From: Candidatus Latescibacterota bacterium
Lineage (GTDB): Bacteria; Latescibacterota; UBA2968; UBA8231
Assembly (NCBI GenBank): GCA_963422735.1
Contig: OY730476.1
Location: 4,078,847 to 4,142,846, forward strand
DNA length: 64,000 nt
Direction of reading: 5' to 3'
The notes beneath the pieces were generated by a model, which was given only the letters and a program-made list of their open reading frames with translations, had not been told where the DNA came from and made no database searches. This document shows, piece by piece, positions 51,023-61,157 of the stretch. Each line of letters opens with the position of its first letter. Within the stretch, counting starts at the first letter, position 1. Position numbers and translations under genes: made by a program.

Positions 51023-51802
51023 ATGCCGCGCACTATCGTCAAAGCACACGCTATCGTGCTGCGCACCATGCGCATGGGCGAGACTAGCAGCCTAGTGACG
51101 TTGTACGCTCAGGAGTACGGCAAACTCAAGGCCATGGCCCGGGGTGCCCGCAAGCCCAAGAGCCGGTTCGGCGCTGCGCTCGGTCTAATGACCGAAGTCC
51201 AAGCCATCTGCTACGTCAAAGAAACCCGCGATCTGCAAACCCTTAGCGAATGCACTCTGCTCAAACCAGCACCCGACCTATCGCAAAGCCTAGAGCGACT
51301 TTCCTTTGGCAGTGCTGCCTGCGAGTTGGTTGACCGCCTGACGATCGAAGGCGAGAGCAACCCCCGGCTCTACCAGTGCCTATCCGGGGTGTTGCACGGG
51401 CTTGCCGAGGTAGAGCCAGAGCAAGTCGAATCGCTGTTCTGGTACTTTGAGCTACGCGCCGCTGCGGCCCTCGGCTACCGCCCAGAGCTGCGCCAGTGTA
51501 CTGCCTGCCAACGCGAGTTGGTCGGCCCCTCGTCGTGGTTCAGCGCGGCCCTAGGGGGCGGCCTATGCACTGCCTGTGGCCCTCGGAACGGAGTGCGTTT
51601 AGCCCAGCGCAGCTTGCGCTTTCTCACCGTCCTCCAGGGCCTTAGGACCTACAGCAAGGAGGCTCTCCCCCAAGCCCCTTCCCAGCGCGGCGAGATCCGC
51701 ATGGCTTTGCGCGGCTTTCTAGAGTACCACGGGGGCGAGCACAGCCGGCTCAAATCGCTCGACTTTCTCGATAGCCTCAACAAGGCCGTCTTACCCGCCT
51801 AA
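51023..51802 (+). CDS. recO: DNA repair protein RecO
   Basis: AIVLRTMRMGETSSLVTLYAQEYGKLKAMARGARK (OB-fold N-terminus) and a Cys4 zinc motif C.AC...C.AC. Confidence 0.85.
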   Translation: MPRTIVKAHAIVLRTMRMGETSSLVTLYAQEYGKLKAMARGARKPKSRFGAALGLMTEVQAICYVKETRDLQTLSECTLLKPAPDLSQSLERLSFGSAACELVDRLTIEGESNPRLYQCLSGVLHGLAEVEPEQVESLFWYFELRAAAALGYRPELRQCTACQRELVGPSSWFSAALGGGLCTACGPRNGVRLAQRSLRFLTVLQGLRTYSKEALPQAPSQRGEIRMALRGFLEYHGGEHSRLKSLDFLDSLNKAVLPA

Positions 51803-51818
51803 CTCATTGGAGATTTTC

Positions 51819-53192
51819 ATGTCCGACGACGCAATGGAAAAACTAGTATCCCTGTGCAAACGCAAAGGCTTCATCTTCCAAAGCTCGGAAATCTACGGTG
51901 GGCTCAACGGCTGCTGGGATTACGGCCCTTTGGGCGTCGAGCTGTTGCGCAACATCAAAGAGGTCTGGTGGAAGGCCATGACCTACCGAGAGGACATAGA
52001 GGGCATCGATGCCAGCATCCTCATGAATCAGCGAGTGTGGGAGGCATCGGGCCACGTCGATAGCTTTACCGACCCCATGGTCGAAGATCGCAAGACCAAT
52101 GAGCGCTTTCGGCTCGACCAGATCCTCGAAGAAAATGGCATTGACGTAGCGGGCCTGAGTGCCGATGAGATGGGTGCGCTGCTGCGCGAGCGCGACATCA
52201 AGAGCAAGAAGGGCAACGAACTGAGCGACCCGCGGCAATTCAACCTGATGTTCAAGACCTTCGTCGGCCCGCTCGAAGACGACAGTGCGCGGGTCTTTCT
52301 CCGCCCGGAGACAGCGCAGGGCATCTTTGTCAACTACCTCAACGTGCAGGCGGCCACGCGCCAGAAGCTGCCCTTTGGCATTGCCCAGATCGGCAAGGCA
52401 TTCCGCAACGAGATCAACACTAAAAACTTCCTCTTCCGCACTCGAGAATTCGAGCAGATGGAGATGCAATACTTCGTCGCGCCCGGCACCCAAGACGAGT
52501 GGTTCGACTATTGGCGCGAGGAGCGCTGGAAGTGGTTTGTGCAAATCGGCCTGCCCGAGGGCAAGTTGAGCTGGCACGCACACCAAGGCGACGAACTGGC
52601 CCACTATGCCCGCGCCGCCTTCGACATCCAGTACGAGTTTCCCTTTGGCCCGGGCGAGCTTGAGGGCATCCACAATCGCGGCGACTACGATTTGTCGCAG
52701 CACGAAGCGTTTTCGGGCAAACAGCTCAAATACTTCGACGAGGAGCAGCGCACAAAGTTCGTACCCTACGTAGTAGAAACCTCAATAGGGGCCAGCCGCA
52801 CGCTAATGGCCTGCCTAGTCGAAGCATACCACGAGGAAGAGGTCCGGGGCGATACCCGGGTAGTGATGCGCTTTCACCCGCGCATTGCGCCGATCAAAGC
52901 GGCGGTATTGCCCCTCGTCAAGCGCGACGGCATGCCCGCTATCGCCCGGCAAGTCGCCGAGGATCTCCGGCCGTACATGCGGGTTTTTTACGACGAGGGG
53001 GGCGCGATCGGCCGTCGCTACCGGCGCATGGACGAGGTGGGGACGCCGTTCTGCCTAACGGTCGATTCGGACACCCTAGAGGACCAGACCGTCACCGTGC
53101 GAGCTCGCGACACCATGGCCCAAGAGCGGGTGCCCATAGCCGAGTTGTGCGCCCACCTTGAAAGCCGCATGGGCTCTTGGCAAATCCCTTGA
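51819..53192 (+). CDS. glyQS: Glycine--tRNA ligase (alpha2 type)
   Basis: KRKGFIFQSSEIYGGLNGCWDYGPLG, FRNEI..R..LFR.REFEQME, and the class-II motif 3 region. ATG at 51819 with GGAG 6 nt upstream. Confidence 0.9.
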   Translation: MSDDAMEKLVSLCKRKGFIFQSSEIYGGLNGCWDYGPLGVELLRNIKEVWWKAMTYREDIEGIDASILMNQRVWEASGHVDSFTDPMVEDRKTNERFRLDQILEENGIDVAGLSADEMGALLRERDIKSKKGNELSDPRQFNLMFKTFVGPLEDDSARVFLRPETAQGIFVNYLNVQAATRQKLPFGIAQIGKAFRNEINTKNFLFRTREFEQMEMQYFVAPGTQDEWFDYWREERWKWFVQIGLPEGKLSWHAHQGDELAHYARAAFDIQYEFPFGPGELEGIHNRGDYDLSQHEAFSGKQLKYFDEEQRTKFVPYVVETSIGASRTLMACLVEAYHEEEVRGDTRVVMRFHPRIAPIKAAVLPLVKRDGMPAIARQVAEDLRPYMRVFYDEGGAIGRRYRRMDEVGTPFCLTVDSDTLEDQTVTVRARDTMAQERVPIAELCAHLESRMGSWQIP

Positions 53193-53284
53193 CCCGGTAG
53201 TATAAATCCTGATATTATCCTTCGCGCTTGGGATATAACTCTCCCTAGGCGCAAACTGTCGCATTGCGATATGTATCCGGTATA

Positions 53285-53371
53285 GCGAAAGTGGCGGAAC
53301 TGGTAGACGCGCTAGACTTAGGATCTAGTGCCCGAAAGGGCATGGGGGTTCGAGTCCCCCCTTTCGCACCA
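53285..53371 (+). tRNA. tRNA-Leu (anticodon UAG), CCA encoded
   Basis: Folded by hand. Acceptor stem GCGAAAG/CUUUCGC, anticodon stem CUAGA/UCUAG with loop CUUAGGA, long variable arm UGCCCGAAAGGGCAU, T arm GGGGG-UUCGAGU-CCCCC, discriminator A plus CCA. Confidence 0.93.
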
Positions 53372-53435
53372 TGACATAGACAAGTGCACTGTCCGCGATC
53401 CGGCGGTGCGCCTAGCCTTATAAGGGTTGCTTTTC

Positions 53436-54677
53436 GTGAAGACTCATGTCACAGAGAAGGGCCAATGGGCACGCGAGTTGGCCGTTGAAGTCGAGGCGGT
53501 GCGCCTCGACGACGCCTTCAGTAGGGCACTGCGCCGATACCAAAAGCGGCTGGAGATCCCAGGCTTCCGCAAGGGCAAAGTGCCGCTCAGAATAGTCGAG
53601 GCGCGCTTTGGTAGTTCCATCCGCGGCGAAGTCCTCGGTGATCTCCTCCCCTCGCTGCTAGAAGAGGCCGTACGCGAGGCGGGCCTGCGACCGGCTGCGC
53701 CGCCCAAAATTTCCCAACTCGACCATGAGCCGGGGGGAAGCCTAACGTTCACGGCGGATCTTGACATCTGGCCCGAAATCAAAGCTGAGCACTACGAAAA
53801 GCTCGCTGCCACCCGCATGGTTCACGAGGTGGCCGACGAGGAGGTTGGCGAGCACCTAGAGGAGTTGCGCCGCCGCCACGCCACCGAGCGAGTCGTCGAG
53901 CGGCCATTGGCCAAGGGCGACGTGCTCGTTGCGGATTTGCAGCGACTCGACGAGAGCGGCCTGCCCGTCATTGGCGATAAGTATGAGAAGCGCCACATCC
54001 TCATCGGCGACGAGAATGCCCTCAGCCCCGAGTTTGAAGAGGCCCTCGTCGGCATGGGCACCGGCGAAGAGCGCAAGGTCCGCTTCGCCTATCGAGAGGA
54101 CCTGCCCAACCAACAGCTCACCGGCCAGACCGCGCATTTCGCAGTGGCAGCCCACGAGGTGCGCGAGCGCACTTTGCCCGAGCTCGACGACGAGTTCGCC
54201 AAGGACCTTGGCGAGCATTTCCAGACCCTCGACGGCTTGCGCCAGCATCTCAGCGGGCAAATCCAAGAGCGCTGGGAATACATGGCCCAACAGCGCCTGC
54301 ACAGCGAATTGATCAGCCAGCTCATCAAAAAAAACGACTTTGACCTGCCCGAGAGCATGGTCGATAACTATCTCCACTCGCTTGAGCGAGAGCAGGCCAA
54401 TCACGACCACGACCACGACCACGACCACAGCGACGAAGAGCGCACCCAAGCCACGCGCCAACTCAAGAGCCATCTGCTGCTCGAAAGCGTGCGCCAACAA
54501 GCCGGGGTCGAAGTGACGGACGCGGAGTTTGCCCAATTCGCCGCCGAGCGCGCCGCCCGCGCCGGCGTCCAACCCTCCGACTTGCAGAACGCGGAGGGAT
54601 TGCGGCGGGAGTTGGAAGACCAAAAGGTCTTTGATTTGCTCGTCGCCAAAGCCGAAATCAAAGAGGAAAAGGTATAA
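53436..54677 (+). CDS. tig: Trigger factor
   Basis: IPGFRKGKVP ribosome-binding signature plus the overall three-domain length. A GTG start at 53436 (MKTHVTEK) is preferred over the TTG at 53427. Confidence 0.88.
   Translation: MKTHVTEKGQWARELAVEVEAVRLDDAFSRALRRYQKRLEIPGFRKGKVPLRIVEARFGSSIRGEVLGDLLPSLLEEAVREAGLRPAAPPKISQLDHEPGGSLTFTADLDIWPEIKAEHYEKLAATRMVHEVADEEVGEHLEELRRRHATERVVERPLAKGDVLVADLQRLDESGLPVIGDKYEKRHILIGDENALSPEFEEALVGMGTGEERKVRFAYREDLPNQQLTGQTAHFAVAAHEVRERTLPELDDEFAKDLGEHFQTLDGLRQHLSGQIQERWEYMAQQRLHSELISQLIKKNDFDLPESMVDNYLHSLEREQANHDHDHDHDHSDEERTQATRQLKSHLLLESVRQQAGVEVTDAEFAQFAAERAARAGVQPSDLQNAEGLRRELEDQKVFDLLVAKAEIKEEKV
54402..54428 (+). repeat. Hexanucleotide repeat (CACGAC) x 4.5 inside tig, encoding (HD)4H
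   Basis: Direct reading gives CACGAC CACGAC CACGAC CACGAC CAC, translated as NHDHDHDHDHS. Confidence 0.95.
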
Positions 54678-54680
54678 ATC

Positions 54681-55289
54681 ATGTCGCTGATTCCAATGGT
54701 CATCGAACAGACGGGCCGAGGAGAGCGCTCATACGACATCTACTCACGGCTGCTCAAGGAGCGCATCATCTTTGCGGGTACTCCGATCAACGACGCGATC
54801 GCCAATCTCATCATCGCCCAGATGCTCTTTCTCGCTTCTGAAGATCCCAAAAAGGACATTGCGCTCTATCTCAATACCCCCGGCGGGCTGATCTCGGCGG
54901 GCATGGCCATCTACGACACTATGCAATACGTGGCCTCCGACATAGCCACGATCTGCATCGGCCAAGCATCCAGCATGGGAGCCGTGCTATTGGCCGGGGG
55001 CACCAAGGGCAAGCGCCAGGCCCTGCCCAACGCCCGCGTCTTGCTGCACCAGCCCATAGGCGGGATCGGCGGCCAAGCGGCCGATGTGGAGATCCACGCC
55101 CGCGAGATCATCGCCATGCGCCAGCAGATCAACGAGGTGTTAGTCGAGTGTACCGGGCAGCTGATGGAACGCATTGAGCGCGACACCGAGCGCGACTTTT
55201 TTATGTCGGCCGAAGAAGCCGTCGAATACGGCATCATCGACGAGATCATCGCTCCATCTCGCGTCGAGGTAGCCCCTTCCTCAGTATAG
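54681..55289 (+). CDS. clpP: ATP-dependent Clp protease proteolytic subunit
   Basis: [14 protein letters not shown], active-site GQASSMGA, and LLHQP. Confidence 0.93.
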   Translation: MSLIPMVIEQTGRGERSYDIYSRLLKERIIFAGTPINDAIANLIIAQMLFLASEDPKKDIALYLNTPGGLISAGMAIYDTMQYVASDIATICIGQASSMGAVLLAGGTKGKRQALPNARVLLHQPIGGIGGQAADVEIHAREIIAMRQQINEVLVECTGQLMERIERDTERDFFMSAEEAVEYGIIDEIIAPSRVEVAPSSV

Positions 55290-55298
55290 GAGCCTATT

Positions 55299-56546
55299 TT
55301 GCGTCGCCGGCCCCCCCAAAGCGATCCGCGCTGCTCGTTCTGCGGGCGCAACCACAACCAAGTTGACAAGATCATAACCGGTCCCCAGGTCCACATCTGC
55401 AACGAGTGCGTCAAGCTGTGCAACGACGTATTGTCCGAGGAGCGGCAAAAGACCCTCCCTTGGGAGACCGCAGAGATGCCCAAGCCGACCCAAATCAAGG
55501 ATTTTCTCGACGAATACGTGATCGCCCAAGAGCGGGCCAAGAAAATCCTCGCGGTCGCCGTGTACAACCACTACAAGCGCATTCGCACCAAAGTTGACTT
55601 AGACGAGGTGGAGCTCGAAAAAAGCAACGTAATGCTCATCGGCCCCACCGGCACTGGCAAGACCGAGCTGGCCAAAACCCTCGCAAAATTTCTGCAAGTC
55701 CCCTTCTCCATTGCCGACGCCACCATTCTCACCGAGGCCGGCTATGTAGGCGAGGACGTGGAGAACATCCTCGTGGGCCTTTTGCAAGCGGCAGACTACG
55801 ACGTGCCACGCGCCGAAAAGGGCATCCTCTATCTCGACGAGGTTGACAAGATCGCCCGCAAGAGTGCCACGCCTTCGGTCGGCCGCGACGTGTCAGGCGA
55901 GGGGGTGCAGCAAGCACTGCTCAAAATTTTGGAGGGCACCACCGCCAACATCCCGCCCAAGGGGGGCCGCAAGCATCCTGAGCAGCCGATGATCCAGATG
56001 GATACCCGCAATATCCTCTTCGTTTGCGGCGGGGCCTTCGAGGGGCTGGACAAGGTCATCAGCCAACGGGTCGGCAAGCGCACCATGGGCTTTGGGGCCG
56101 ACGGCGACGAAAGCAGCCTAGACGCCCCGGACGTATTGCCGCTGGTGCAGCCCGAAGATCTGCTTGCCTACGGCATGATCCCCGAGTTTGTCGGCCGCGT
56201 ACCGGTAATCACCACTATGGACGCGCTCGCCGAGGACGACTTGTTCCGCATCCTCACCGAGCCGCACGACGCCATCATCAAGCAGTTGCAGCGGCTCTTC
56301 GCCATGGACGGGGTCGAGGTTGAGTTTACAGAGGAAGCCCTGCGCAAGATAGTGGCCCTAACCGTTCACAAGGGCACCGGGGCCCGCGGTCTGCGCTCCG
56401 TCCTAGAGCAGGCCATGATGGACATCATGTTCGACATTCCCTCTCAGGAAGGCGTGACGCGCCTGCAAGTTACGGGCGAGATGATCGAAAGCGGGATCGC
56501 GCAGTACAGCAGCGAAGACGAAGAGATACGGCGCAAACGCGCCTGA
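55299..56546 (+). CDS. clpX: ATP-dependent Clp protease ATP-binding subunit ClpX
   Basis: Zinc-binding CSFCG...CNEC, Walker A GPTGTGKT, and Walker [13 protein letters not shown] start with TAGGAG upstream. Confidence 0.93.
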   Translation: MRRRPPQSDPRCSFCGRNHNQVDKIITGPQVHICNECVKLCNDVLSEERQKTLPWETAEMPKPTQIKDFLDEYVIAQERAKKILAVAVYNHYKRIRTKVDLDEVELEKSNVMLIGPTGTGKTELAKTLAKFLQVPFSIADATILTEAGYVGEDVENILVGLLQAADYDVPRAEKGILYLDEVDKIARKSATPSVGRDVSGEGVQQALLKILEGTTANIPPKGGRKHPEQPMIQMDTRNILFVCGGAFEGLDKVISQRVGKRTMGFGADGDESSLDAPDVLPLVQPEDLLAYGMIPEFVGRVPVITTMDALAEDDLFRILTEPHDAIIKQLQRLFAMDGVEVEFTEEALRKIVALTVHKGTGARGLRSVLEQAMMDIMFDIPSQEGVTRLQVTGEMIESGIAQYSSEDEEIRRKRA

Positions 56547-56562
56547 TCTTCAAGCCCCGGCG

Positions 56563-57156
56563 ATGCGCTTTTCCTCTGTCGAATTCAAAATTAGTGCCGT
56601 CCGCACGGCAGATCTGCCCAAGGACGGCTTGCCCGAAATCGCCTTAGTGGGCCGCTCTAACGTCGGCAAGTCTTCCCTGATCAACAGGTTGGTGCAGCGC
56701 AAAAAGCTGGCGCGCACCAGCACTGTACCCGGCAAGACCCAGCAGTTGAACTACTATCTGGCCAACGAGCAGTTCTACTTGGTCGATCTGCCTGGCTACG
56801 GGTACGTGCATGGCGGCGTGGGCTTGCGCTTGCAGCTCGGCCGGCTCATTCGCCGCTACATGACCAACCGCGAGGCATTGTGCGCGGTGTTGCAGCTCGT
56901 CGATGCCCGGCGCGGCCCCACCGATTTAGATAGGCAGATGATCGACGAATTGCGCTCCCTCGATAAGCCCTTCCTGCTGGTCTTTACTAAGGCCGACAAA
57001 CTGTCGCACAATAAGTTGCAACTCCTATTCGACCAACTCGATGCCCGAGGATCGCTCGCCGGCCTTTCCTTTGTGCCTTTCTCGGCGGCTGACGGCCGCG
57101 GGCAGGACGACATTACAGGGTGGATCGCCGAGGCACTAGTCGGCAACGCAATCTGA
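56563..57156 (+). CDS. engB: Ribosome biogenesis GTPase YsxC/EngB
   Basis: G1 GRSNVGKSSLIN, G3 DLPGYG and G4 TKADK. Confidence 0.9.
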   Translation: MRFSSVEFKISAVRTADLPKDGLPEIALVGRSNVGKSSLINRLVQRKKLARTSTVPGKTQQLNYYLANEQFYLVDLPGYGYVHGGVGLRLQLGRLIRRYMTNREALCAVLQLVDARRGPTDLDRQMIDELRSLDKPFLLVFTKADKLSHNKLQLLFDQLDARGSLAGLSFVPFSAADGRGQDDITGWIAEALVGNAI

Positions 57157-57166
57157 AGAGGACCAT

Positions 57167-58747
57167 TTGAAAGTATTGATCAGCGACAAGATGGACCCCC
57201 GCTGCGTCGAGATCCTCGAAGCCAATGACGGGATCTCGGTTGACGTGTGCAGCGGGTTGTCGCCGAGCGCACTTATAGACTGCATCGGCGACTACGAGGG
57301 ACTAGTCGTGCGCAGCGCGACCAAAGTGACGGGCGAGGTGCTTGCCGCCGCGCCGCGCCTGCGGGTCATTGGCCGCGCTGGCACGGGCTTCGACAACATC
57401 GACGTAGAGGCGGCAACCCGCCGCGGCGTCATCGTCATGAACACCCCGGGCGGCAATTCCCTATCGACCGCCGAGCACACCTTCGCGCTCATGGCCTCTC
57501 TTGCGCGGCACATCCCGCAGGCGACGGCCTCGCTTAAAAAGGGACTGTGGGAACGGAGCCAATTCGTCGGCGTCGAGTTGGCTGGCAAGACCCTCGCCGT
57601 GGTCGGCTTGGGCCGAGTGGGGAGGGAGGTGGCCGCGCGCGCGGCGGCCTTTCAGATGAAAGTCCTCGGCTGCGATCCCTATATCGGCCAAGAGGTTGCC
57701 CTTTCCTGCGGCGCGCATCTTGCGTCCCTCGACGAACTCTACGCTACCGCGGATTTTATCACCGTCCACACCCATCTCAGCGACCAGACCCGGCACCTGA
57801 TTTCCGACGCCGAGATCGCTCGGTGCAAAGACGGAGTTTATCTAATCAACTGCGCTCGCGGCGGCATCATTGACGAAGCCGCACTCCTGCGCGGCTTGGC
57901 CTCGGGCAAGGTCGCTGGTGCCGCCTTAGACGTCTTCGAGGAGGAGCCGCCGACTCTCGTGGACCTCTTGGTTGACGACCGCGTGATCTGCACACCGCAC
58001 TTGGCGGCTTCCACAAAGGAAGCCCAAGCCAATGTCGCCTTGCAGGTGGCCGAGCAGGTCGGCGACGTGATGATGGGCCGCGTCATTCGCAACGCGGTCA
58101 ATGCCCCTTCGCTCGATCCCGAAATCCACGGCAAGCTACAGCCCTACCTCTTGTTAGCCGAGCGGCTGGGGCGCCTGCAAGCCCAACTCGGCGAGGGACA
58201 GCTAGAGCGCATCACCATCGAATACCAAGGCGATGTCACTGCCTACCCGACCTCGCCGCTGACCTCGGCCGTACTCAAGGGCATTATGGAAACCGTCTCG
58301 GACGCGGCAGTCAATGTGGTCAACGCGCTGCTTTTCGCGCAGGAGCGCGGCGTGCAAGTCGATGAGCGGCTCAGCAGCGAGCACGAGGATTACGCGAGCC
58401 TCATCACCGTGGTGTATCACACGAACAAGGGGCAGCGCCTGCTCGCAGGCACACTCTTCGGCAAGAGCGACCCGCGCCTCGTGCGCCTCGACGAGTACAG
58501 CTTCGATGCCGTCCCAGAGGGGCACATGCTCTTTTACGTCAACGACGATGTCCCGGGCATCATCGGCCAAATCGGCACGGTCATGGGGAGCCACGAGGTC
58601 AATATCGCCCAAATGTCGTGCGGGCGTCGCCAAATGGGCGGCCAAGCCCTGACCATCCTCAACGTCGATGACCCGATCACCACCGACGTAGTTGACGATA
58701 TTCTCTCTCGGGAGTACATCTCCTGGGCCAAACAAGTCAGTCTTTAA
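57167..58747 (+). CDS. serA: D-3-phosphoglycerate dehydrogenase (long form with ASB and ACT domains)
   Basis: MKVLISDKM (TTG start), NAD motif VVGLGRVGREVA, and a C-terminal ACT-like region. 526 aa. Confidence 0.9.
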   Translation: MKVLISDKMDPRCVEILEANDGISVDVCSGLSPSALIDCIGDYEGLVVRSATKVTGEVLAAAPRLRVIGRAGTGFDNIDVEAATRRGVIVMNTPGGNSLSTAEHTFALMASLARHIPQATASLKKGLWERSQFVGVELAGKTLAVVGLGRVGREVAARAAAFQMKVLGCDPYIGQEVALSCGAHLASLDELYATADFITVHTHLSDQTRHLISDAEIARCKDGVYLINCARGGIIDEAALLRGLASGKVAGAALDVFEEEPPTLVDLLVDDRVICTPHLAASTKEAQANVALQVAEQVGDVMMGRVIRNAVNAPSLDPEIHGKLQPYLLLAERLGRLQAQLGEGQLERITIEYQGDVTAYPTSPLTSAVLKGIMETVSDAAVNVVNALLFAQERGVQVDERLSSEHEDYASLITVVYHTNKGQRLLAGTLFGKSDPRLVRLDEYSFDAVPEGHMLFYVNDDVPGIIGQIGTVMGSHEVNIAQMSCGRRQMGGQALTILNVDDPITTDVVDDILSREYISWAKQVSL

Positions 58748-58762
58748 GCACGGGAGTACGCG

Positions 58763-60043
58763 ATGCCAGCGAAAATAGTATTAGGAGCGCAGTGGGGCGA
58801 CGAAGGCAAGGCCAAGGTCGTCGATTACCTCACGCTCTCAGCCGATGTGGTGGTGCGCTATCAGGGCGGGGCCAACGCTGGCCACACGGTCGTCACCGGC
58901 GGCACCGAGTTCGTCTTCCACACCATCCCCTCGGGGATCATGCACGAAGGTAAAATCTGCGTGGTGGGCAACGGAGTGGTCGTCGATCCAGCCACCATGC
59001 TCAATGAGATCTCCGAGCTGGAGGCCAAGGGCTTTTCAGTGGCCGGCCGCTTCTTCGTCAGCCAAATTGCCCACGTCGTAATGCCCTACCACAAGGTCTT
59101 GGAAAAGGCCGGAGAAGAGAGCGAAAACGGCGTCGCCATCGGCACGACCGGCCGCGGCATTGGCCCAGCTTACCGCGACAAAGTCGAGCGCAGCCACGGG
59201 GTGCGTGTCATGGATCTGCGCGACCCGGCGCGTTTGCGCGACAAGCTCCGGGCCAGCATTCGCGCCAAAAACGAAATCCTGACCAAGGTCTTAGGTCAAG
59301 AGCCGCTGGAGGCCAGTCCCATCATCGACGCGTACATTAGCTACGGCGAGCGGCTCGCCCCATACGTTGCCGACACCTCGGGCCTGCTCAACCAAGCCCT
59401 CGACCAAGGCAAAACCGTCCTCTGCGAAGGGGCGCAAGGGACCTTGCTCGACATCGACCACGGGACCTATCCCTACGTCACGTCCTCGAACACCACTGCG
59501 GGTGGGGCCTGCACGGGCACGGGCATCGGACCTACGCGGATCGCCGAGGTCGTCGGCGTGGCCAAAGCGTACACCACGCGGGTGGGCAACGGGCCTTTTC
59601 CCACCGAGTTGCTAGGGGAAGAAGGCGAGCGTTTGCGCGGCTTGGGCCGCGAATTCGGAGCCACCACCGGTAGGCCGCGGCGCTGTGGCTGGTTCGACGC
59701 CACCATCTTGCGGGTCTCGGCGCGCATCAACGGTCTAACCAGCATCGCCCTGACTCGGCTCGACGTACTCGATTCATGCGACCGCCTCAAGGTGGGCATT
59801 GGCTACCGCTGCGGCGACCAAGTGCTGGAGGAGTTCCCCGCCGACCCGCAGGTACTCGAACAATGCGAGCCAATCTACGAAGAGGTCGAAGGCTGGCGTA
59901 CTCCAACCACCCACGCGCGCCGCTTCGACGACCTACCGCTGCAAGCGCAGGCTTACGTGAAGCGGGTCGCCGAGCTGAGCCGAGCGCCGGTCTCCCTGAT
60001 TTCCGTAGGGCCAGAGCGCGAAGCCACCATCCCTCTCGCCTGA
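58763..60043 (+). CDS. purA: Adenylosuccinate synthase
   Basis: LGAQWGDEGKAKVVD, GGANAGHTV and GTTGRGIGPAY. Confidence 0.93.
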   Translation: MPAKIVLGAQWGDEGKAKVVDYLTLSADVVVRYQGGANAGHTVVTGGTEFVFHTIPSGIMHEGKICVVGNGVVVDPATMLNEISELEAKGFSVAGRFFVSQIAHVVMPYHKVLEKAGEESENGVAIGTTGRGIGPAYRDKVERSHGVRVMDLRDPARLRDKLRASIRAKNEILTKVLGQEPLEASPIIDAYISYGERLAPYVADTSGLLNQALDQGKTVLCEGAQGTLLDIDHGTYPYVTSSNTTAGGACTGTGIGPTRIAEVVGVAKAYTTRVGNGPFPTELLGEEGERLRGLGREFGATTGRPRRCGWFDATILRVSARINGLTSIALTRLDVLDSCDRLKVGIGYRCGDQVLEEFPADPQVLEQCEPIYEEVEGWRTPTTHARRFDDLPLQAQAYVKRVAELSRAPVSLISVGPEREATIPLA

Positions 60044-60046
60044 TCC

Positions 60047-60958
60047 ATGCTACTCAACCCTGCACCCGCCGAGTCCAAGCCGCACGCCTTGCGCCGCCTG
60101 ATGGCCGAGAAGACCCTGACCTTGCCCGGGGCCTTCAACGCACCCGTGGCCATGCTGGCCGAGCGCACCGGGTTCGAGGCCGTGTACATTTCCGGGGCCG
60201 GGCTAGCCAACGGCACGGCCGGCTACCCGGACGTCGGCCTGTTGGGCATGGACGAAATGGCGCGCCAAGCCGGCTACATTGCCGGCGCAGTCCAAGTGCC
60301 CTGCATTTGCGATGCGGACACCGGGTTTGGCGAGATCTGGCAGGTGATGCGCACGGTGCGCACGTACGAGCGCGAGGGCTTGGCCGGATTGCACTTAGAG
60401 GACCAAGTCATGCCCAAGCGCTGCGGCCATCTCGACGGCAAGGCCCTGATCGGGGCGGACGAAATGGCGCGCAAGATCGCCGCCGCCTGCGCGGCGCGGC
60501 AAGATTCGGACTTTGTGATCATCGCCCGCTGCGACGCCCGCGCTGTCGAGGGCTTTGCACAGAGCGTCGAGCGCGGCCAACGCTACTTGGAAGCCGGCGC
60601 GGACGCAGTCTTTCCCGAAGCCATGCAGAGTGCCGAGGAATTCGCCCGCTACGCCGAGCAAGTCAAAGGCCCGCTCCTCGCCAACATGACCGAATTCGGC
60701 AAATCGCCGCACCTGTCGGTCGCGGAGTTTGCCGCCATGGGATACCGCCTCGTGATTTTTCCGATGAGCGCGTTCCGCGCGATGATGAAGTCGGTCGCAG
60801 CCCTCTTTTGCGAACTGAAGGAAAAGGGCACCCTCAAAGACGCCCTCGGACAGATGCAGACACGAGCGGAACTCTACGAATTACTCGGCTACGACCAGTA
60901 CACCAAACTAGACGCAGCGTTGGCTGCCCGCTTTCCATCAAACGGAGAGAACCGATGA
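60047..60958 (+). CDS. prpB: 2-Methylisocitrate lyase (isocitrate lyase/PEP mutase family)
   Basis: Family signature KRCGHLDGK, plus DADTGFG and PEA. It sits next to a citrate-synthase-family gene. Confidence 0.82.
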   Translation: MLLNPAPAESKPHALRRLMAEKTLTLPGAFNAPVAMLAERTGFEAVYISGAGLANGTAGYPDVGLLGMDEMARQAGYIAGAVQVPCICDADTGFGEIWQVMRTVRTYEREGLAGLHLEDQVMPKRCGHLDGKALIGADEMARKIAAACAARQDSDFVIIARCDARAVEGFAQSVERGQRYLEAGADAVFPEAMQSAEEFARYAEQVKGPLLANMTEFGKSPHLSVAEFAAMGYRLVIFPMSAFRAMMKSVAALFCELKEKGTLKDALGQMQTRAELYELLGYDQYTKLDAALAARFPSNGENR

Positions 60959-61140
60959 ATTATCAGCTAACGGCTTTTATTGGACGCGAGGGCAGCGGCT
61001 ACGTCTCTCTGTGTCCTGAATTAGATGTAGCCAGCGGGGGAAAGACCATTGAAGAGGCGCGGTGTAATTTACAATATGCCGTGGAGTTGTTTTTAGAATG
61101 TGCGTCGCCTGCACAACGAGATGTACGTCACGCAGCTTGA
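60955..61140 (+). CDS. hicB: HicB-family antitoxin-like protein (61 aa)
   Basis: Own translation gives MNYQLTAFIGREGSGYVSLCPELDVASGGKTIEEARCNLQYAVELFLECASP..., which matches the UPF0150/HicB N-terminal domain pattern (Y.A.CPEL....QG.T.EEA..N...A..L.LE). The ATG overlaps the prpB stop (ATGA). Confidence 0.7.
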   Translation: MNYQLTAFIGREGSGYVSLCPELDVASGGKTIEEARCNLQYAVELFLECASPAQRDVRHAA

Positions 61141-61157
61141 GGTAGCTACTGGCTAAA

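Noticed and set aside
59776-60954. N-terminal 393 codons of the 454-aa ORF 59776..61140
   Set aside because: It overlaps purA and prpB out of frame and is extremely Arg/Pro/Gly-rich. Only the final 61 codons (hicB-like, from ATG 60955) are credible.
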